Below are positions 33,753-44,610 of a DNA stretch of 64,000 bases, piece after piece. The stretch is from positions 3,652-67,651 of the forward strand of contig CACKTS010000002.1 in the NCBI GenBank assembly GCA_902603095.1. Reading direction: 5' to 3'. The translations under genes and the position numbers were made by a program. The stretch's first letter is position 1, and the number at the start of each line of letters is the position of its first letter. Below the pieces are notes generated by a model. It saw only the letters and a list, made by a program, of their open reading frames with translations, had not been told where the DNA came from and did no database searches. The stretch comes from an uncultured Alphaproteobacteria bacterium. GTDB taxonomy: Bacteria > Pseudomonadota > Alphaproteobacteria > HIMB59 > GCA-002718135.

Positions 33753-35892
33753 TTAAATTTTCAAATATTATTATGCTTGTTGTTCCGGCCATTTGTTTGT
33801 TTTTTTCTATTCTAATTTTTCCATTATGATCTTCAATAATTTTTTTAACTATTGAGAGTCCTAGCCCTGTTCCTTTATTTTTTGTAGTAAAATATGGCTC
33901 AAAAATTTTACTAGCAGTTTCTTTTGATATACCAACCCCATTATCTACAAACTCTATAAAAATCTTGTTATTTTCAATTCTTAAACTAACACTAATTGAT
34001 GGATTTGGAATTTTTTCAACAGATTCAACAGCATTTTTAATTAAATTATTAAAACTTTGAGTAAGTTGGAATTTATCAAATTGAAAATATATCTCTTTAT
34101 CTTCTAAATCAATTTTAAATTTAATATTTTTATGTGAATTAGAAAATAAAATATATGACTCATGTAAACATTTAGATAGATTATCTAGTTTGATTTCAGG
34201 TTCAGGCATTCTTGCAAAAGATGAAAATTCATCTATCAGTTTGCCGATATCATCTACTTGTCTTGATATTGTGTTTGTTAAAGTTTTAATATCATCATTT
34301 TCAAAATCATTATTTTTATATTTTTTTTCAATTCTTTCTGCTGATAATTTTATAGGTGTTAAAGGATTTTTAACTTCATGTGCTATTTTTCTTGCAATAT
34401 CAGACCAAGCTGCATGTTTTTCTGCTAAAATAAATGATGTGGTGTCATCTATTGCAACAACATAACCATTTATTTTCTCTTCTTTAAACTCTTTAATTAT
34501 CCTAACATTAAAATTTCTAAGATCATCATTAACCAATATTTCTACCTGAAAATTTTCAAGTATTTTTTTTGATTTTTTAAAGCTATTAAATATATTTTGC
34601 CACTCGGGAAAAATTATTAAAAAACTTTCATTTTCCTTTAACTTTTTTGCACCTTTAAAAAGTTTTTTTGCAGTTTGATTATAAAAAATAATATTAAAAT
34701 TATTATCTAATGAGATAACCCCTATTGTTAATAAGCTTAAAATAGCTTCGATAAATAATCTTTTTTCTTCATCTTCATTGCTCTTCTTAATTAGTTGATT
34801 TTGCTGGTTTTCAATTTCTACTATCATCTTGTTATAAGATGAAATTAATACTTTTATTTCTTCAAATTGATCTATTTCAGATACTTTAGCTTCAAAATTC
34901 CCTTTAGAGATTTCATTTGCTGATTCAATTAAATTAGATATGGGCTTTGACAGTTTTCTAGCTAAATTAAAACCAATTAAAATTGCTATTAAAATAAAAC
35001 CTATAGAAAAAAGAACAAATATCATCGAGTAAGTTATTTGTATGCCTGCACTTTCACTTTCTTTAGTGGTATATATTTTATAAGCATCTTTAGTTGCAGA
35101 AATATGATCCCAAATATTAGTATTTAATTCTCTATTAACTTGCATAAAGACATCATTTAAAAAATTAATTCTTTTATAAGCTGAAATTGAATTTTTATTT
35201 ACTTGAAAAATAAATACTCTATTTTGATCTAAAATTTTAAATATGTCCTCTGAAGGAAATAAAAAATTTTTATTTTCTTTATCCTTAAAATTTAAATAAA
35301 TTTCTCCAGATTTGTTAAATAAATAAATATTTGAAATAGTTCTTAAATTAATAAATTCGCTCAAACCTTGATTAATGGAATTAATATTTACTTCATTGTT
35401 CTTAGAAACCTTAAATATTTCTCTAGTAATTAATTGAGTATCTGAAATTATTTCAGCTTGTATTTCATTTTCATAATCTCTTGCAACGATATTAGAATTG
35501 ACTACAACCTCTCTTACTGCTCCCCCATACCAAGTTCTAAATTCTAAATTAAAAAAAAGTGAAGTTATAATCACAAGACCTATAGCTGGACCAACTGCCA
35601 TTGCTGCAAATAAATTAACAAATTTTATATATAATTTAGACTCATCCTTCTTATTTCTTCTGTAAATAAAAATTAAAATTACTTGTCTTAAAATTAAAGC
35701 TAAAAGTAATATTACAAGGAAGACATCTGCTAATAGAAAATATTGTAATTGCAGTGGATTTTTAACTAAATTGTTATTTGGCAACATTAAATAAAAAGTG
35801 ATTGAAAAACTGAGAAGTATTAGGCTGAGTAATAGATAAAACGAAAACTTTGTTAGATATAGTTTATTTAATATTTTTGTTAAACTGATCAC
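33745..35892 (-). CDS. ntrY: sensor histidine kinase NtrY (TM, HAMP, PAS, HisKA and HATPase domains)
   Basis: 715 aa. GTG start. N-terminal TM helices. H-box IARKIAHEVKNPLTPI. ATP-lid ...NAVES..., ...DNGVGI..., ...GTGLGLSIVKKIIEDH... Confidence 0.8.
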   Translation of the reverse strand: MISLTKILNKLYLTKFSFYLLLSLILLSFSITFYLMLPNNNLVKNPLQLQYFLLADVFLVILLLALILRQVILIFIYRRNKKDESKLYIKFVNLFAAMAVGPAIGLVIITSLFFNLEFRTWYGGAVREVVVNSNIVARDYENEIQAEIISDTQLITREIFKVSKNNEVNINSINQGLSEFINLRTISNIYLFNKSGEIYLNFKDKENKNFLFPSEDIFKILDQNRVFIFQVNKNSISAYKRINFLNDVFMQVNRELNTNIWDHISATKDAYKIYTTKESESAGIQITYSMIFVLFSIGFILIAILIGFNLARKLSKPISNLIESANEISKGNFEAKVSEIDQFEEIKVLISSYNKMIVEIENQQNQLIKKSNEDEEKRLFIEAILSLLTIGVISLDNNFNIIFYNQTAKKLFKGAKKLKENESFLIIFPEWQNIFNSFKKSKKILENFQVEILVNDDLRNFNVRIIKEFKEEKINGYVVAIDDTTSFILAEKHAAWSDIARKIAHEVKNPLTPIKLSAERIEKKYKNNDFENDDIKTLTNTISRQVDDIGKLIDEFSSFARMPEPEIKLDNLSKCLHESYILFSNSHKNIKFKIDLEDKEIYFQFDKFQLTQSFNNLIKNAVESVEKIPNPSISVSLRIENNKIFIEFVDNGVGISKETASKIFEPYFTTKNKGTGLGLSIVKKIIEDHNGKIRIEKNKQMAGTTSIIIFENLNV

Positions 35893-35957
35893 TATGGTAG
35901 ACTTTATTTATTATTTTTATGCTATAGTAAACTTATATAATATAATTTACCCTATAA

Positions 35958-37098
35958 ATGAAAAAGATAAAAAATGCACTTGTTATCCTAGCTGGAGGTA
36001 CAGGCAAAAGATTTGGTAAAAATTTACCAAAGCAATTTAATGAAATTAATGGTGAAAATCTAATACATTTTTTTTTAAAACGTGTAGACACAAGGAATTT
36101 CGATAAAATTTTGATTGTTCTTAAGCATTCTCATTTTAAATATATTAAAAATCTAAAATTTGATTTTCCTTCAGTAGATTTTCTTTTTACTAATGCAGGA
36201 AAAAGTAGACAAATTTCTTCTTTAAATGCTCTAAAAAAATTGAAACCATTTGAACCAAGAAATATTTTAATTCATGATGCAGCAAGACCATTCTGTACAA
36301 ATAATTTGATATTAAAAATACTTAAACAGCTAAAAAAAAATTATTCTGCAATACCATATGTTTTGAATCCTGATAAAAAAGTTTTAGGATACAAAGAATT
36401 TAATCAAAACTTAAAATTTGTACAAACCCCTCAAGGGTTTAAATTTAAAACAATTTTTGAAGCACATCATAAAAGTTTAATTAATAATGCAAAAGATGAC
36501 TCTATATTATTACCAAAAGAAAAAATAAATTTTATAAAAGGTGAAAAATTAAATTTTAAAATAACATATCCAGATGATTTTAATTACTTTAAACTATTTT
36601 TAAAACCTATATTCAAAACAGGTATTGGTTATGATATTCATCGAATTGATACTAAAACAAAAAATGGTTTGAAACTTTGTGGTATAAAAATAAATCATAG
36701 TAAGCTAATAGGTCATTCTGATGCTGATGTTGGTATACATGCAATATGTGATAGCATCTTTGGAGCACTATCTATGAAAGATATTGGATATTATTTTTCT
36801 AATAAAAATTCAAAGTGGAAAAACAAAAATTCTCTTCATTTTATAAATTTTGCAAAAGAAAAAACTTAAAGAGAAAAAATTCTTTATAGTTAATCTTGAT
36901 ATTAATATTATATGTGAAAAACCTAATATAAGTAAATATAGAAAAAAAATGATTGAAAATTTATCTTCTATATTAAAAATACCTGATAAAATTATTTCAA
37001 TTAAAGCAACTTCAAATGAAAAAATAGGCTTTATAGGAGATGGCTTGGGTATTGCCGCAGAATCAATAATCCAAATTTCAAATGAAAAACTTTACTAA
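35958..37098 (+). pseudogene. ispDF: bifunctional IspD/IspF (MEP cytidylyltransferase / MEcPP synthase), frame broken by a 1-nt homopolymer indel (probably a sequencing artefact)
   Basis: Track ORF 35958-36869 holds IspD (ILAGGTGKRFG...) and the start of IspF (GIGYDIHR...GHSDADVGIHAICDS...). ORF 36850-37098 holds the rest of IspF (...NLDINIICEKP...KATSNEKIGFIGDGLGIAAE). Removing one A from the A6 run at 36859-36864 restores ...FAKEKLKEKKFFIVNLD... Confidence 0.85.
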
Positions 37099-37555
37099 AT
37101 TCTTTCTATCAATTTTTTTTGTTGGTTATATAAATTTTGCACCTGGGACGTGGGGAAGTTTAGTATCTATTATAATTTTGTTTCCAATATTTAAATTTTC
37201 AACATTAACTATACAAATTTTAATTATTATTTTTATTTTTTTATTTTTTATATCAAATTACTTAATTAATTATTTTTCATTATTTACTAATTCACAAGAT
37301 TCTAAACATATTGTTGTTGATGAATTTTTAGGTATCTTTACCATTTTTTTATTTTATGATTTTTTATTTATCTATAATGATTTTTTTACTTTAATTTTGA
37401 TATTTTTGATTTTTAGATTATTTGATATAATAAAAATTTTTCCAGCTAACTTTATAGATAAAAAACTCAAAAATGGTTACGGTGTTATTCTTGATGATAT
37501 TGTTGCCGGGTTATATACAGTTTTAACTTTAGTAATTTTAAATGCCTTTATATAA
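37082..37555 (+). CDS. pgpA: phosphatidylglycerophosphatase A
   Basis: 157 aa. ...APGTWGSL..., ...VVDEFLG..., ...GVILDDIVAGLYT... Confidence 0.8.
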   Translation: MKNFTKFFLSIFFVGYINFAPGTWGSLVSIIILFPIFKFSTLTIQILIIIFIFLFFISNYLINYFSLFTNSQDSKHIVVDEFLGIFTIFLFYDFLFIYNDFFTLILIFLIFRLFDIIKIFPANFIDKKLKNGYGVILDDIVAGLYTVLTLVILNAFI

Positions 37556-38006
37556 AAAAATTTTAAATAAATTGCTTTATAGGGGGTTTTCTGTTTCAAC
37601 AGCTGAGTCATGTACTGGTGGATTATTGGCTTATAGTTTTACAAAAAATAAAGACTCTTCAAAAGTTTTCAAAGGCGGGTATATAACTTACTCAAATGAA
37701 TTAAAAATAAATGATCTTAATGTAAAAAAAATAAACTTAAAAAAATATGGGGCTGTTAGTCGAGAAATAGCTAAAGAAATGACAATTGGATTATATTTAA
37801 AAAATAAAACTCAAATATGTATAATAACAACTGGAATAGCTGGGCCTGGAGGTGCTAGCAAAAATAAACCAATAGGACTAGTGTATATAGGTATACGTAT
37901 TTATGGTAAAATAAACATTATAAAGAAGAATTTTAAAGGAACAAGAATACAAATACAAAAAAAATGTGTGAAATTTATTTTTAAATATTTAGATAAATCA
38001 ATCTGA
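37542..38006 (+). CDS. CinA C-terminal domain protein (nicotinamide-nucleotide amidohydrolase PncC-like)
   Basis: 154 aa. ...STAESCTGGLLA..., ...GAVS.E.A.EM..., ...TGIAGPGG... Confidence 0.8.
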   Translation: MPLYKKILNKLLYRGFSVSTAESCTGGLLAYSFTKNKDSSKVFKGGYITYSNELKINDLNVKKINLKKYGAVSREIAKEMTIGLYLKNKTQICIITTGIAGPGGASKNKPIGLVYIGIRIYGKINIIKKNFKGTRIQIQKKCVKFIFKYLDKSI

Positions 38007-38435
38007 GATACTATCTGCTCTTTGTTTAAATGAATTAATCATTTTATTTTCAATGAGTGGATAAAAAGTTTCTGCGAGTTTCTGATGAATAAAATTTTTA
38101 AATTCAAAATTAACATCAAATTTAATTTTTGATTTTTTACTATCTATTGTTTCAAATTTCCATTTTGTGGTTAAGTCTTTTAAAGGGCCTTCTAAATACT
38201 TAGTCTCTATTTTTAATTCATTTCTGTTAAATATTACACGAGATCCAAATTTTTGAGCTAAAATTAATTTATACTGAACATACATATCAGCATAAATTTC
38301 ATTATCTGTTCTTTCATTAACAACCATTCTTGTGCACCATGGTATATATTGAGGATAACTTTCAATATCTATAACGATATCAAATAATTTTTTTGCTGAA
38401 TGGCAAACTATTTCTTCTCTTTGAGAATTTTTCAT
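37998..38435 (-). CDS. SRPBCC-fold protein (RatA/COQ10-like polyketide-cyclase family)
   Basis: 145 aa. ...DIESYPQYIPWC... Conserved position next to lipA, as in other alphaproteobacteria. Confidence 0.7.
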   Translation of the reverse strand: MKNSQREEIVCHSAKKLFDIVIDIESYPQYIPWCTRMVVNERTDNEIYADMYVQYKLILAQKFGSRVIFNRNELKIETKYLEGPLKDLTTKWKFETIDSKKSKIKFDVNFEFKNFIHQKLAETFYPLIENKMINSFKQRADSISD

Positions 38436-39361
38436 TAGATTTTTTTATAGACTCTATTTTCTTGCATAACTTTAAAATCTTCAGATGCGTGATAACTAGA
38501 GCGCGTTAGTGGTGAAGAAGCAACCATTAAAAATCCTTTTGCAATTGCCATCTGTTTATATTCATCAAACTCCTTAGGTGTAATAAATTTTTCAAGTTTT
38601 GCATGTTTTGGTGTTGGTGGTAAATATTGACCAATAGTAATAAAATCAACATCTGCTGATCTTAAATCATCCATTACTTGGTATATTTCTTCTTTTGTTT
38701 CTCCCAATCCAACCATTAGTCCAGATTTTGTAAAAATATTAGGATTAAGTTTTTTAATATCAGCTAATAATTTTAAACTTACAAAATACCTAGATCCCGG
38801 TCTTATACTAAGATACAAGCGAGGAACTGTTTCTAGATTATGATTAAAGACATCAGGTAAGTCAGAAGATAGTATATTTAATGCCTCAGGTTTTTTATGA
38901 AAATCGGGTGTCAAAACTTCTATAGTACAATTTTTATTCAATTTTCGGATTGATCTTATAACATTTGTAAAATGATCTGCTCCACCATCGATTAAATCAT
39001 CTCTATCAACGCTTGTTATAACTACATGTTCTAGGCCCAATTCAAATACTGCTTCAGCTATTTTTTGAGGTTCTTTTAAATCAATTAAGCCAGGTTTACC
39101 TGTTTTAATATTACAAAATGCACAGGCTCTAGTACAAATATCTCCAAGTATCATAAAGGTTGCATGTTTTTTTTGCCAACATTCAGAAATATTTGGACAA
39201 GCTGCTTCTTCACAAACTGTTACAATTTTTTTATCTTTGATAATTTTATTTGTTGATTGAAAATATTTTGAAGTTGGAGCCTTGACTCTAATCCAAGATG
39301 GTTTTTTTGGTATAGGGTTTGAGACTCTATTTATTTTTTCAGGATGCCTTACTTCACTCAT
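38435..39361 (-). CDS. lipA: lipoyl synthase
   Basis: 308 aa. Cys clusters [14 protein letters not shown] and [10 protein letters not shown] (radical SAM). Confidence 0.95.
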   Translation of the reverse strand: MSEVRHPEKINRVSNPIPKKPSWIRVKAPTSKYFQSTNKIIKDKKIVTVCEEAACPNISECWQKKHATFMILGDICTRACAFCNIKTGKPGLIDLKEPQKIAEAVFELGLEHVVITSVDRDDLIDGGADHFTNVIRSIRKLNKNCTIEVLTPDFHKKPEALNILSSDLPDVFNHNLETVPRLYLSIRPGSRYFVSLKLLADIKKLNPNIFTKSGLMVGLGETKEEIYQVMDDLRSADVDFITIGQYLPPTPKHAKLEKFITPKEFDEYKQMAIAKGFLMVASSPLTRSSYHASEDFKVMQENRVYKKI

Positions 39362-39363
39362 TT

Positions 39364-40593
39364 TTAAATAACTTCCATATCAACACTTTGAATCCAAATT
39401 TCAAATGGTTCTTCAATGATATTATTAAAATCTTTTAACAACTTAGCAGCTACAGCACCATCTAAAACCCTATGATCAGCTGATAGAGTAGATTTTAAAG
39501 TGCTGCCTACGCAAATTTCATTATTTTTAACTATAGGTTTTTGGTTAATGTTACCAATTGCTAAAATTGATGCTTGTGGTGGACTTATGATGGCAGCAAA
39601 CTCACTTATTCCAAACATTCCAAGATTTGATACTGTTATTGAACCGCCTGTATATTGATCAGGTTTTAAGGAATTTGTCTTTGCCAATTTAGCTAATTTT
39701 CTTATTTCATCTGAAATCTGAAAAATTCCTTTAGAATTAACTCCTTTTATAATTGGTGTAATAAGTCCATCATCGATAGCTACTGCTACGGATACATCAA
39801 TATCTTTTAATTTAATGATTTTATCATTATGCCAATATACATTTGTATTAGGATTTTTCTTCATGGCTAAACCTATAGCTTTAACAATAAGATCATTAAT
39901 TGAAATTTTAATTGAATTATTTTCATTAATTTTTTTTCTTAATTCTATTAATTTGTCTACGTTGGATTCAACTGTTAAATAAAAATGTGGAATTTGCTGC
40001 TTAGCTTCTAGAGTTCGTTTCGCAATCACTTTACGCATAGTACTTGGTTCAATTACTTCTCCTTCAATTTTATGATTAACATTTTTTGGAACTATATTAT
40101 TTGAATCTATATCTCTTTTAATAATTCTTCCATTAGGACCAGAGCCATGGAAATTACTCAAATTAAGATTTTGCTCTTTCGCAATCTTTTTTACTAATGG
40201 TGAAGCTTTTAATCTATCATTAGTTTCATTTTTTGTTGTGCTTTTTATAGATCCAATATTTTTATTTATACTAGATTGATCTTTTGCTATTGTATTTTTT
40301 TGATCATTAGAAGTTTCTATTTGATTCCTATTACTTTCTAGTGTTTCATTTTTGTCTCCATCAATAATAGCTATGATACTATTAACTGGTACTTGAGTAT
40401 TTGGTTTTTCTTCTAAAAGATGAGTGATTTTTCCTTCATCAACAGCCTCTACTTCCATCGTCGCTTTATCAGTTTCTATTTCTGCTATAATGTCACCTGC
40501 TTTGACATTATCACCAATTTTAACTAACCATTTATTAATTACTCCTTCAGTCATGGTAGGCGATAAAGCCGGCATTAATATTTTTGATGACAT
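39364..40593 (-). CDS. pdhC: pyruvate dehydrogenase complex E2 (dihydrolipoamide acetyltransferase)
   Basis: 409 aa. Lipoyl domain ...[13 protein letters not shown]..., E3-binding segment [11 protein letters not shown], catalytic ...[10 protein letters not shown]... Confidence 0.9.
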   Translation of the reverse strand: MSSKILMPALSPTMTEGVINKWLVKIGDNVKAGDIIAEIETDKATMEVEAVDEGKITHLLEEKPNTQVPVNSIIAIIDGDKNETLESNRNQIETSNDQKNTIAKDQSSINKNIGSIKSTTKNETNDRLKASPLVKKIAKEQNLNLSNFHGSGPNGRIIKRDIDSNNIVPKNVNHKIEGEVIEPSTMRKVIAKRTLEAKQQIPHFYLTVESNVDKLIELRKKINENNSIKISINDLIVKAIGLAMKKNPNTNVYWHNDKIIKLKDIDVSVAVAIDDGLITPIIKGVNSKGIFQISDEIRKLAKLAKTNSLKPDQYTGGSITVSNLGMFGISEFAAIISPPQASILAIGNINQKPIVKNNEICVGSTLKSTLSADHRVLDGAVAAKLLKDFNNIIEEPFEIWIQSVDMEVI

Positions 40594-40596
40594 AAT

Positions 40597-41937
40597 TTAT
40601 ATATAATTAACTTCTTTAACTGCTTTTACTATATCTTCTATTTGTGGAAGATATAATTTTTCTAACTCACTTGAATAAGGCATTGGAACATCGGCGCTAT
40701 TTACTTTTATTATTGGCGCATCTAAATAATCAAATGCATTTTTTTGAACTATATTAACAATTTCTGATCCAATACTAGCAAATGGCCAAGATTCTTCTAC
40801 TGTAATAATTCTATTTGTTTTTTTTAAAGAATTGATAATAGTTTCAGAATCTATGGGTCTTAGACTCTGTAGATCAATTACTTCAATATCTAAGTCGAAT
40901 TCATTTTTTAAAAATTTTGCAGCCTCTAATGATTTGTGCAGCATAATAGAATAGGTTACAATAGTTGTGTCTTTTCCTTCTTTTGCAATATTTGCCTTAC
41001 CAAATGGAATTTCAAAATCATCATTTGATGACACTTTTCCCTTGAAACTATAAAGAATTTCATTTTCAAGAAATATAACTGGATTTGGGTCTCTAATCGC
41101 TGATCGCAATAGTCCTTTTGCATTTAATGGTGTAGAGGGTGCTGCAACTTTTAGTCCAGGTACATGTGAATACCATGATGAGAAATCTTGACTATGCTGT
41201 GCAGCAACTTGAGAGGCTGCACCATTTGGCCCTCTAAAAACAATAGGACAATTAATTTGTCCTCCAGACATATATAAAGTCTTTGCAGCTGAATTAATAA
41301 TTTGATCTATGGCTTGCATTGAAAAATTAAAAGTCATAAATTCAACAATAGGTTTTAAACCTTTAAAAGCAGCACCTACTCCTAAACCAGTAAAGCCTTG
41401 CTCAGAAATAGGTGTATCGATAACTCTTTTATTGCCAAACTCTTCTAGAAGACCTTGTGTAACCTTGTAAGCCCCTTGATATTCCGCTACCTCTTCACCA
41501 AGTATAAATACTTTTTTATCTTTTCGCATTTCTTCAGCAATAGTATCTCTAATTGCCTGTCTCATTGTAATTTCTTCTTTATCAATGGATTTTTCTTGAA
41601 ATTTAGTTTCATAGGTTTTGTCTTCTTTGATTTCTTGACTTTTTATATTTTCAGAATGCTCTTTTTGATTATCATCTTCTAATGATTTGGAAGATTGTTT
41701 ATCTGAAATTAATGCAATTGGTTTATTAACAGGGATATTATTATCGCCTTCTTTATAAAGTAATTTTTCAACAAAACCTTCATCAACAGCCTCTACTTCC
41801 ATTGTCGCTTTATCAGTTTCTATTTCTGCTATAACGTCTCCAGCTTTAACTTCTTGACCCTCGCTAACTAACCATTTAGATAAATTTCCCTCTGTCATCG
41901 TAGGTGATAAAGCTGGCATTAAAATTTCAATACTCAT
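40597..41937 (-). CDS. pdhB: pyruvate dehydrogenase E1 beta subunit with N-terminal lipoyl domain
   Basis: 446 aa. N-terminal lipoyl domain ([11 protein letters not shown]...[13 protein letters not shown]) fused to the transketolase-like E1 beta core (...[13 protein letters not shown]...). Confidence 0.9.
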   Translation of the reverse strand: MSIEILMPALSPTMTEGNLSKWLVSEGQEVKAGDVIAEIETDKATMEVEAVDEGFVEKLLYKEGDNNIPVNKPIALISDKQSSKSLEDDNQKEHSENIKSQEIKEDKTYETKFQEKSIDKEEITMRQAIRDTIAEEMRKDKKVFILGEEVAEYQGAYKVTQGLLEEFGNKRVIDTPISEQGFTGLGVGAAFKGLKPIVEFMTFNFSMQAIDQIINSAAKTLYMSGGQINCPIVFRGPNGAASQVAAQHSQDFSSWYSHVPGLKVAAPSTPLNAKGLLRSAIRDPNPVIFLENEILYSFKGKVSSNDDFEIPFGKANIAKEGKDTTIVTYSIMLHKSLEAAKFLKNEFDLDIEVIDLQSLRPIDSETIINSLKKTNRIITVEESWPFASIGSEIVNIVQKNAFDYLDAPIIKVNSADVPMPYSSELEKLYLPQIEDIVKAVKEVNYI

Positions 41938-42900
41938 TTACAAATAAACATCGGTATATAATTCTTCACTAGATGGAAATTTGCTTTTTAGTGCAAAATC
42001 TACAGCAGATTTAACTTCTTCAATAATTTCTTTATTTAAATTTTCTAACTCAACTTTTGAAGCAATTTTATTTTTCATTATTTCTTCTTTTACGATTTCA
42101 ATTGGATCAGAATTTTTATATTCTTCAAGTTCTGCTTTAGTTCTATACTTTGCTGGATCAGACATTGAATGTCCTCTATAACGATATGTTTGTACTTCTA
42201 GAATATATGGTCCCTTACCTGATCTTACAAATTCACCAGCTTTATGTGCAGCTTTAATAACTGAATACACATTCATTCCATTAATTATTTCACCTTTTAT
42301 ACCAAATGCTTCTCCTCGCTTGTAAAGATCAGAGCCTGCAGCAGCCCTATCGACAGCTGTTCCCATACCATACTTATTATTTTCTATTATATATAAAACC
42401 GGTAATTTCCACAGAGCTGCTAGATTAAATGCTTCAAAAACCTGACCATTATTCATTGCTCCATCTCCAATGTATGTACGACAAATATTATTATCACCAT
42501 TATATTTATGAGTAAAAGCTATACCTGTACCGATAGGAACTTGCGCCCCAACAATCCCGTGCCCTCCATAGAAATTATTTTTTTTTGAAAACATATGCAT
42601 TGAACCGCCTTTTCCAGCAGAGTAGCCATCAACTCTTCCAGTTAATTCAGACATAATTCTTTTTAGTTCCAAACCTCTCGCTATCATATGTCCATGATCT
42701 CTGTATGTTGTAACAACTGAGTCATTTTTTTTAATAGTCATTAAGACCCCGACCACAACTGCTTCCTGACCAATATATAAATGGCAAAAACCACCAATTT
42801 CTCCCATGCCATATAATTGAGCTGATCTTTCTTCAAATCTTCTAATTTTAACCATGTAAGAATAAATCTTTAAATGATCATTTTTTAATAGTTTTTTCAT
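41938..42900 (-). CDS. pdhA: pyruvate dehydrogenase E1 alpha subunit
   Basis: 320 aa. ThDP motif ...IGDGAMNNGQVFEAFNLAALWKLPVLYIIENNKYGMGT..., ...YRYRGHSMSDP... Confidence 0.9.
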   Translation of the reverse strand: MKKLLKNDHLKIYSYMVKIRRFEERSAQLYGMGEIGGFCHLYIGQEAVVVGVLMTIKKNDSVVTTYRDHGHMIARGLELKRIMSELTGRVDGYSAGKGGSMHMFSKKNNFYGGHGIVGAQVPIGTGIAFTHKYNGDNNICRTYIGDGAMNNGQVFEAFNLAALWKLPVLYIIENNKYGMGTAVDRAAAGSDLYKRGEAFGIKGEIINGMNVYSVIKAAHKAGEFVRSGKGPYILEVQTYRYRGHSMSDPAKYRTKAELEEYKNSDPIEIVKEEIMKNKIASKVELENLNKEIIEEVKSAVDFALKSKFPSSEELYTDVYL

Positions 42901-42920
42901 TTGTAAATTTTTGTAAATTT
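42901..42920. repeat. exact tandem 10-mer (ttgtaaattt x2) between a candidate pdhA promoter and the pdhA start
   Basis: ttgtaaattt occurs at 42901-42910 and 42911-42920, with a third ttgtaaa at 42933-42939. On the minus strand these sit around a TTGACA (42949-42944)-N16-TATTAA (42927-42922) candidate promoter. Confidence 0.4.
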
Positions 42921-42953
42921 TTTAATATTAATTTGTAAAGTTTTGTCAATAAG

Positions 42954-43268
42954 TTATTTATTTAAAATAATAACTCGTTCATCTTTGTCAATAAAACCTA
43001 GGTTTTTTCTAACATTCTCATCTAAAAAATCTAAATCTATAGTATTAGGTTGTAAGCGTTTTACTCGATCAGAATAATGATTATTTTCAATTTGAAGATT
43101 ATGTAAAGTTTTACTATATTCTAGATTTTGCTTGGTTAAATAAAAATACTTTAGCAAACCTCTTTGACCGTTAATTAAAAAATAAATTAAATAAATAGAT
43201 AAAAAAAAAGTAAGTAAAAAAGAGAAATATAAAATAATCTTATTTTTTAAAATAACTGATTTATTCAT
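42954..43268 (-). CDS. ftsB: septum formation initiator (FtsB/DivIC family)
   Basis: 104 aa. One N-terminal TM helix followed by a coiled coil. Conserved eno-ftsB-pdhA neighbourhood. Confidence 0.7.
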   Translation of the reverse strand: MNKSVILKNKIILYFSFLLTFFLSIYLIYFLINGQRGLLKYFYLTKQNLEYSKTLHNLQIENNHYSDRVKRLQPNTIDLDFLDENVRKNLGFIDKDERVIILNK

Positions 43269-43303
43269 TATAGAATTAACTAATCAAATTTTAGACGTTT
43301 ATG

Positions 43304-44581
43304 TCAATATTTTAGAATAGATTTTCCAGCAAATTTAGCGTTGTCTCCAAGTTTTTCCTCAATTCTTATAAGTTGATTATATTTTGCTGTTCTATCTGTT
43401 CTTGATAAAGAACCTGTTTTAATTTGACCAGCTGATACAGCAACAGATAAGTCTGATATTGTTGTGTCTTCAGTTTCTCCAGATCTATGAGATATTATTG
43501 ATGAATAATTGTTATCTTTTCCAAGATTTATAGTATCAATTGTTTCAGATAAAGAACCTATTTGGTTTAACTTAACTAAAATTGCATTTGCCGCATTTTT
43601 TTCAATACCAATTTTTAATCTTTTGATATTTGTTACAAAAAGATCATCTCCTACTAGTTGAACCTTATTGCCAATTCTCTCTGTTAATTTTACCCAACCA
43701 TTCCAATCGTCTTCAGACATTCCATCTTCAATAGAATATATTGGAAAATTATTTGATAAATTTTCTAAATAATTGACCATTTGATCAGAAGATAAAATTT
43801 TGTCCTCACCTTTTAATTCATATTTATTATTTTTATAGAATTCAGTAGAAGCAACATCCAATGATAAAAGAATATCATCATTTATTTTTAAACCTGTCTT
43901 TTCAATAGCCTTCAAAATAATTTCAATTACTTCAGCTGAATTTTTGATATTTGGCGCAAATCCTCCTTCGTCACCCACATTAGTATTTAAGTTTTTTAAT
44001 TTTAAAATTGATTTTAAAGAATGAAAAACTTCGCAACCATAACGTAATGCCTCTGAAAAAGTTGGCGCTCCTACAGGTGCTATCATAAATTCCTGAATAT
44101 CAACATTATTATCAGCATGTGCTCCACCATTTATAATATTCATCATCGGCACTGGTAATATAAATTCTTCAGTTTCAGCAATATATAAGAAAAAATCTTT
44201 AGAAGATTGATTAGCTAAGCTTTTAGCAAAAGCCAAACTAACAGCAAGAGAGGTATTAGCACCTAATTTAGATTTATTTTCAGTTCCATCTAGATCCAAT
44301 ACAGATTTATCAAAAGTCCTGTAATTATTAAATTCTTTATTAATTAAATTATCTCTGATTATTTCATTAATATTTCTGACAGCTTTTTTAACACCTTTAC
44401 CTAGATATCTTTTTTTATCGCCATCCCTTAATTCTAGAGCTTCATGAACTCCAGTCGATGCTCCACTTGGTACAGAAGCTCTTCCAAAAGATCCATCTTC
44501 TAATAATATGTCACATTCTACAGTTGGGTTCCCTCGACTATCTAAGATTTCTCTACCATGAATATTTTTTATTTTTCCCAT
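43304..44581 (-). CDS. eno: enolase
   Basis: 425 aa. ...[16 protein letters not shown]..., ...[10 protein letters not shown]... Confidence 0.95.
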   Translation of the reverse strand: MGKIKNIHGREILDSRGNPTVECDILLEDGSFGRASVPSGASTGVHEALELRDGDKKRYLGKGVKKAVRNINEIIRDNLINKEFNNYRTFDKSVLDLDGTENKSKLGANTSLAVSLAFAKSLANQSSKDFFLYIAETEEFILPVPMMNIINGGAHADNNVDIQEFMIAPVGAPTFSEALRYGCEVFHSLKSILKLKNLNTNVGDEGGFAPNIKNSAEVIEIILKAIEKTGLKINDDILLSLDVASTEFYKNNKYELKGEDKILSSDQMVNYLENLSNNFPIYSIEDGMSEDDWNGWVKLTERIGNKVQLVGDDLFVTNIKRLKIGIEKNAANAILVKLNQIGSLSETIDTINLGKDNNYSSIISHRSGETEDTTISDLSVAVSAGQIKTGSLSRTDRTAKYNQLIRIEEKLGDNAKFAGKSILKY

Positions 44582-44610
44582 CCTTACCTTTCTAAATCAT
44601 AAAATTAATT

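Noticed and set aside
26207-36864. Programmed frameshifting or transcriptional slippage as the explanation for the tig, EamA and ispDF frame breaks.
   Set aside because: The runs are short (A8, A4-5, A6), with no slippery heptamer or downstream structure evident. All three are simple +1 homopolymer insertions, which fits sequencing error better. This remains testable with read data.
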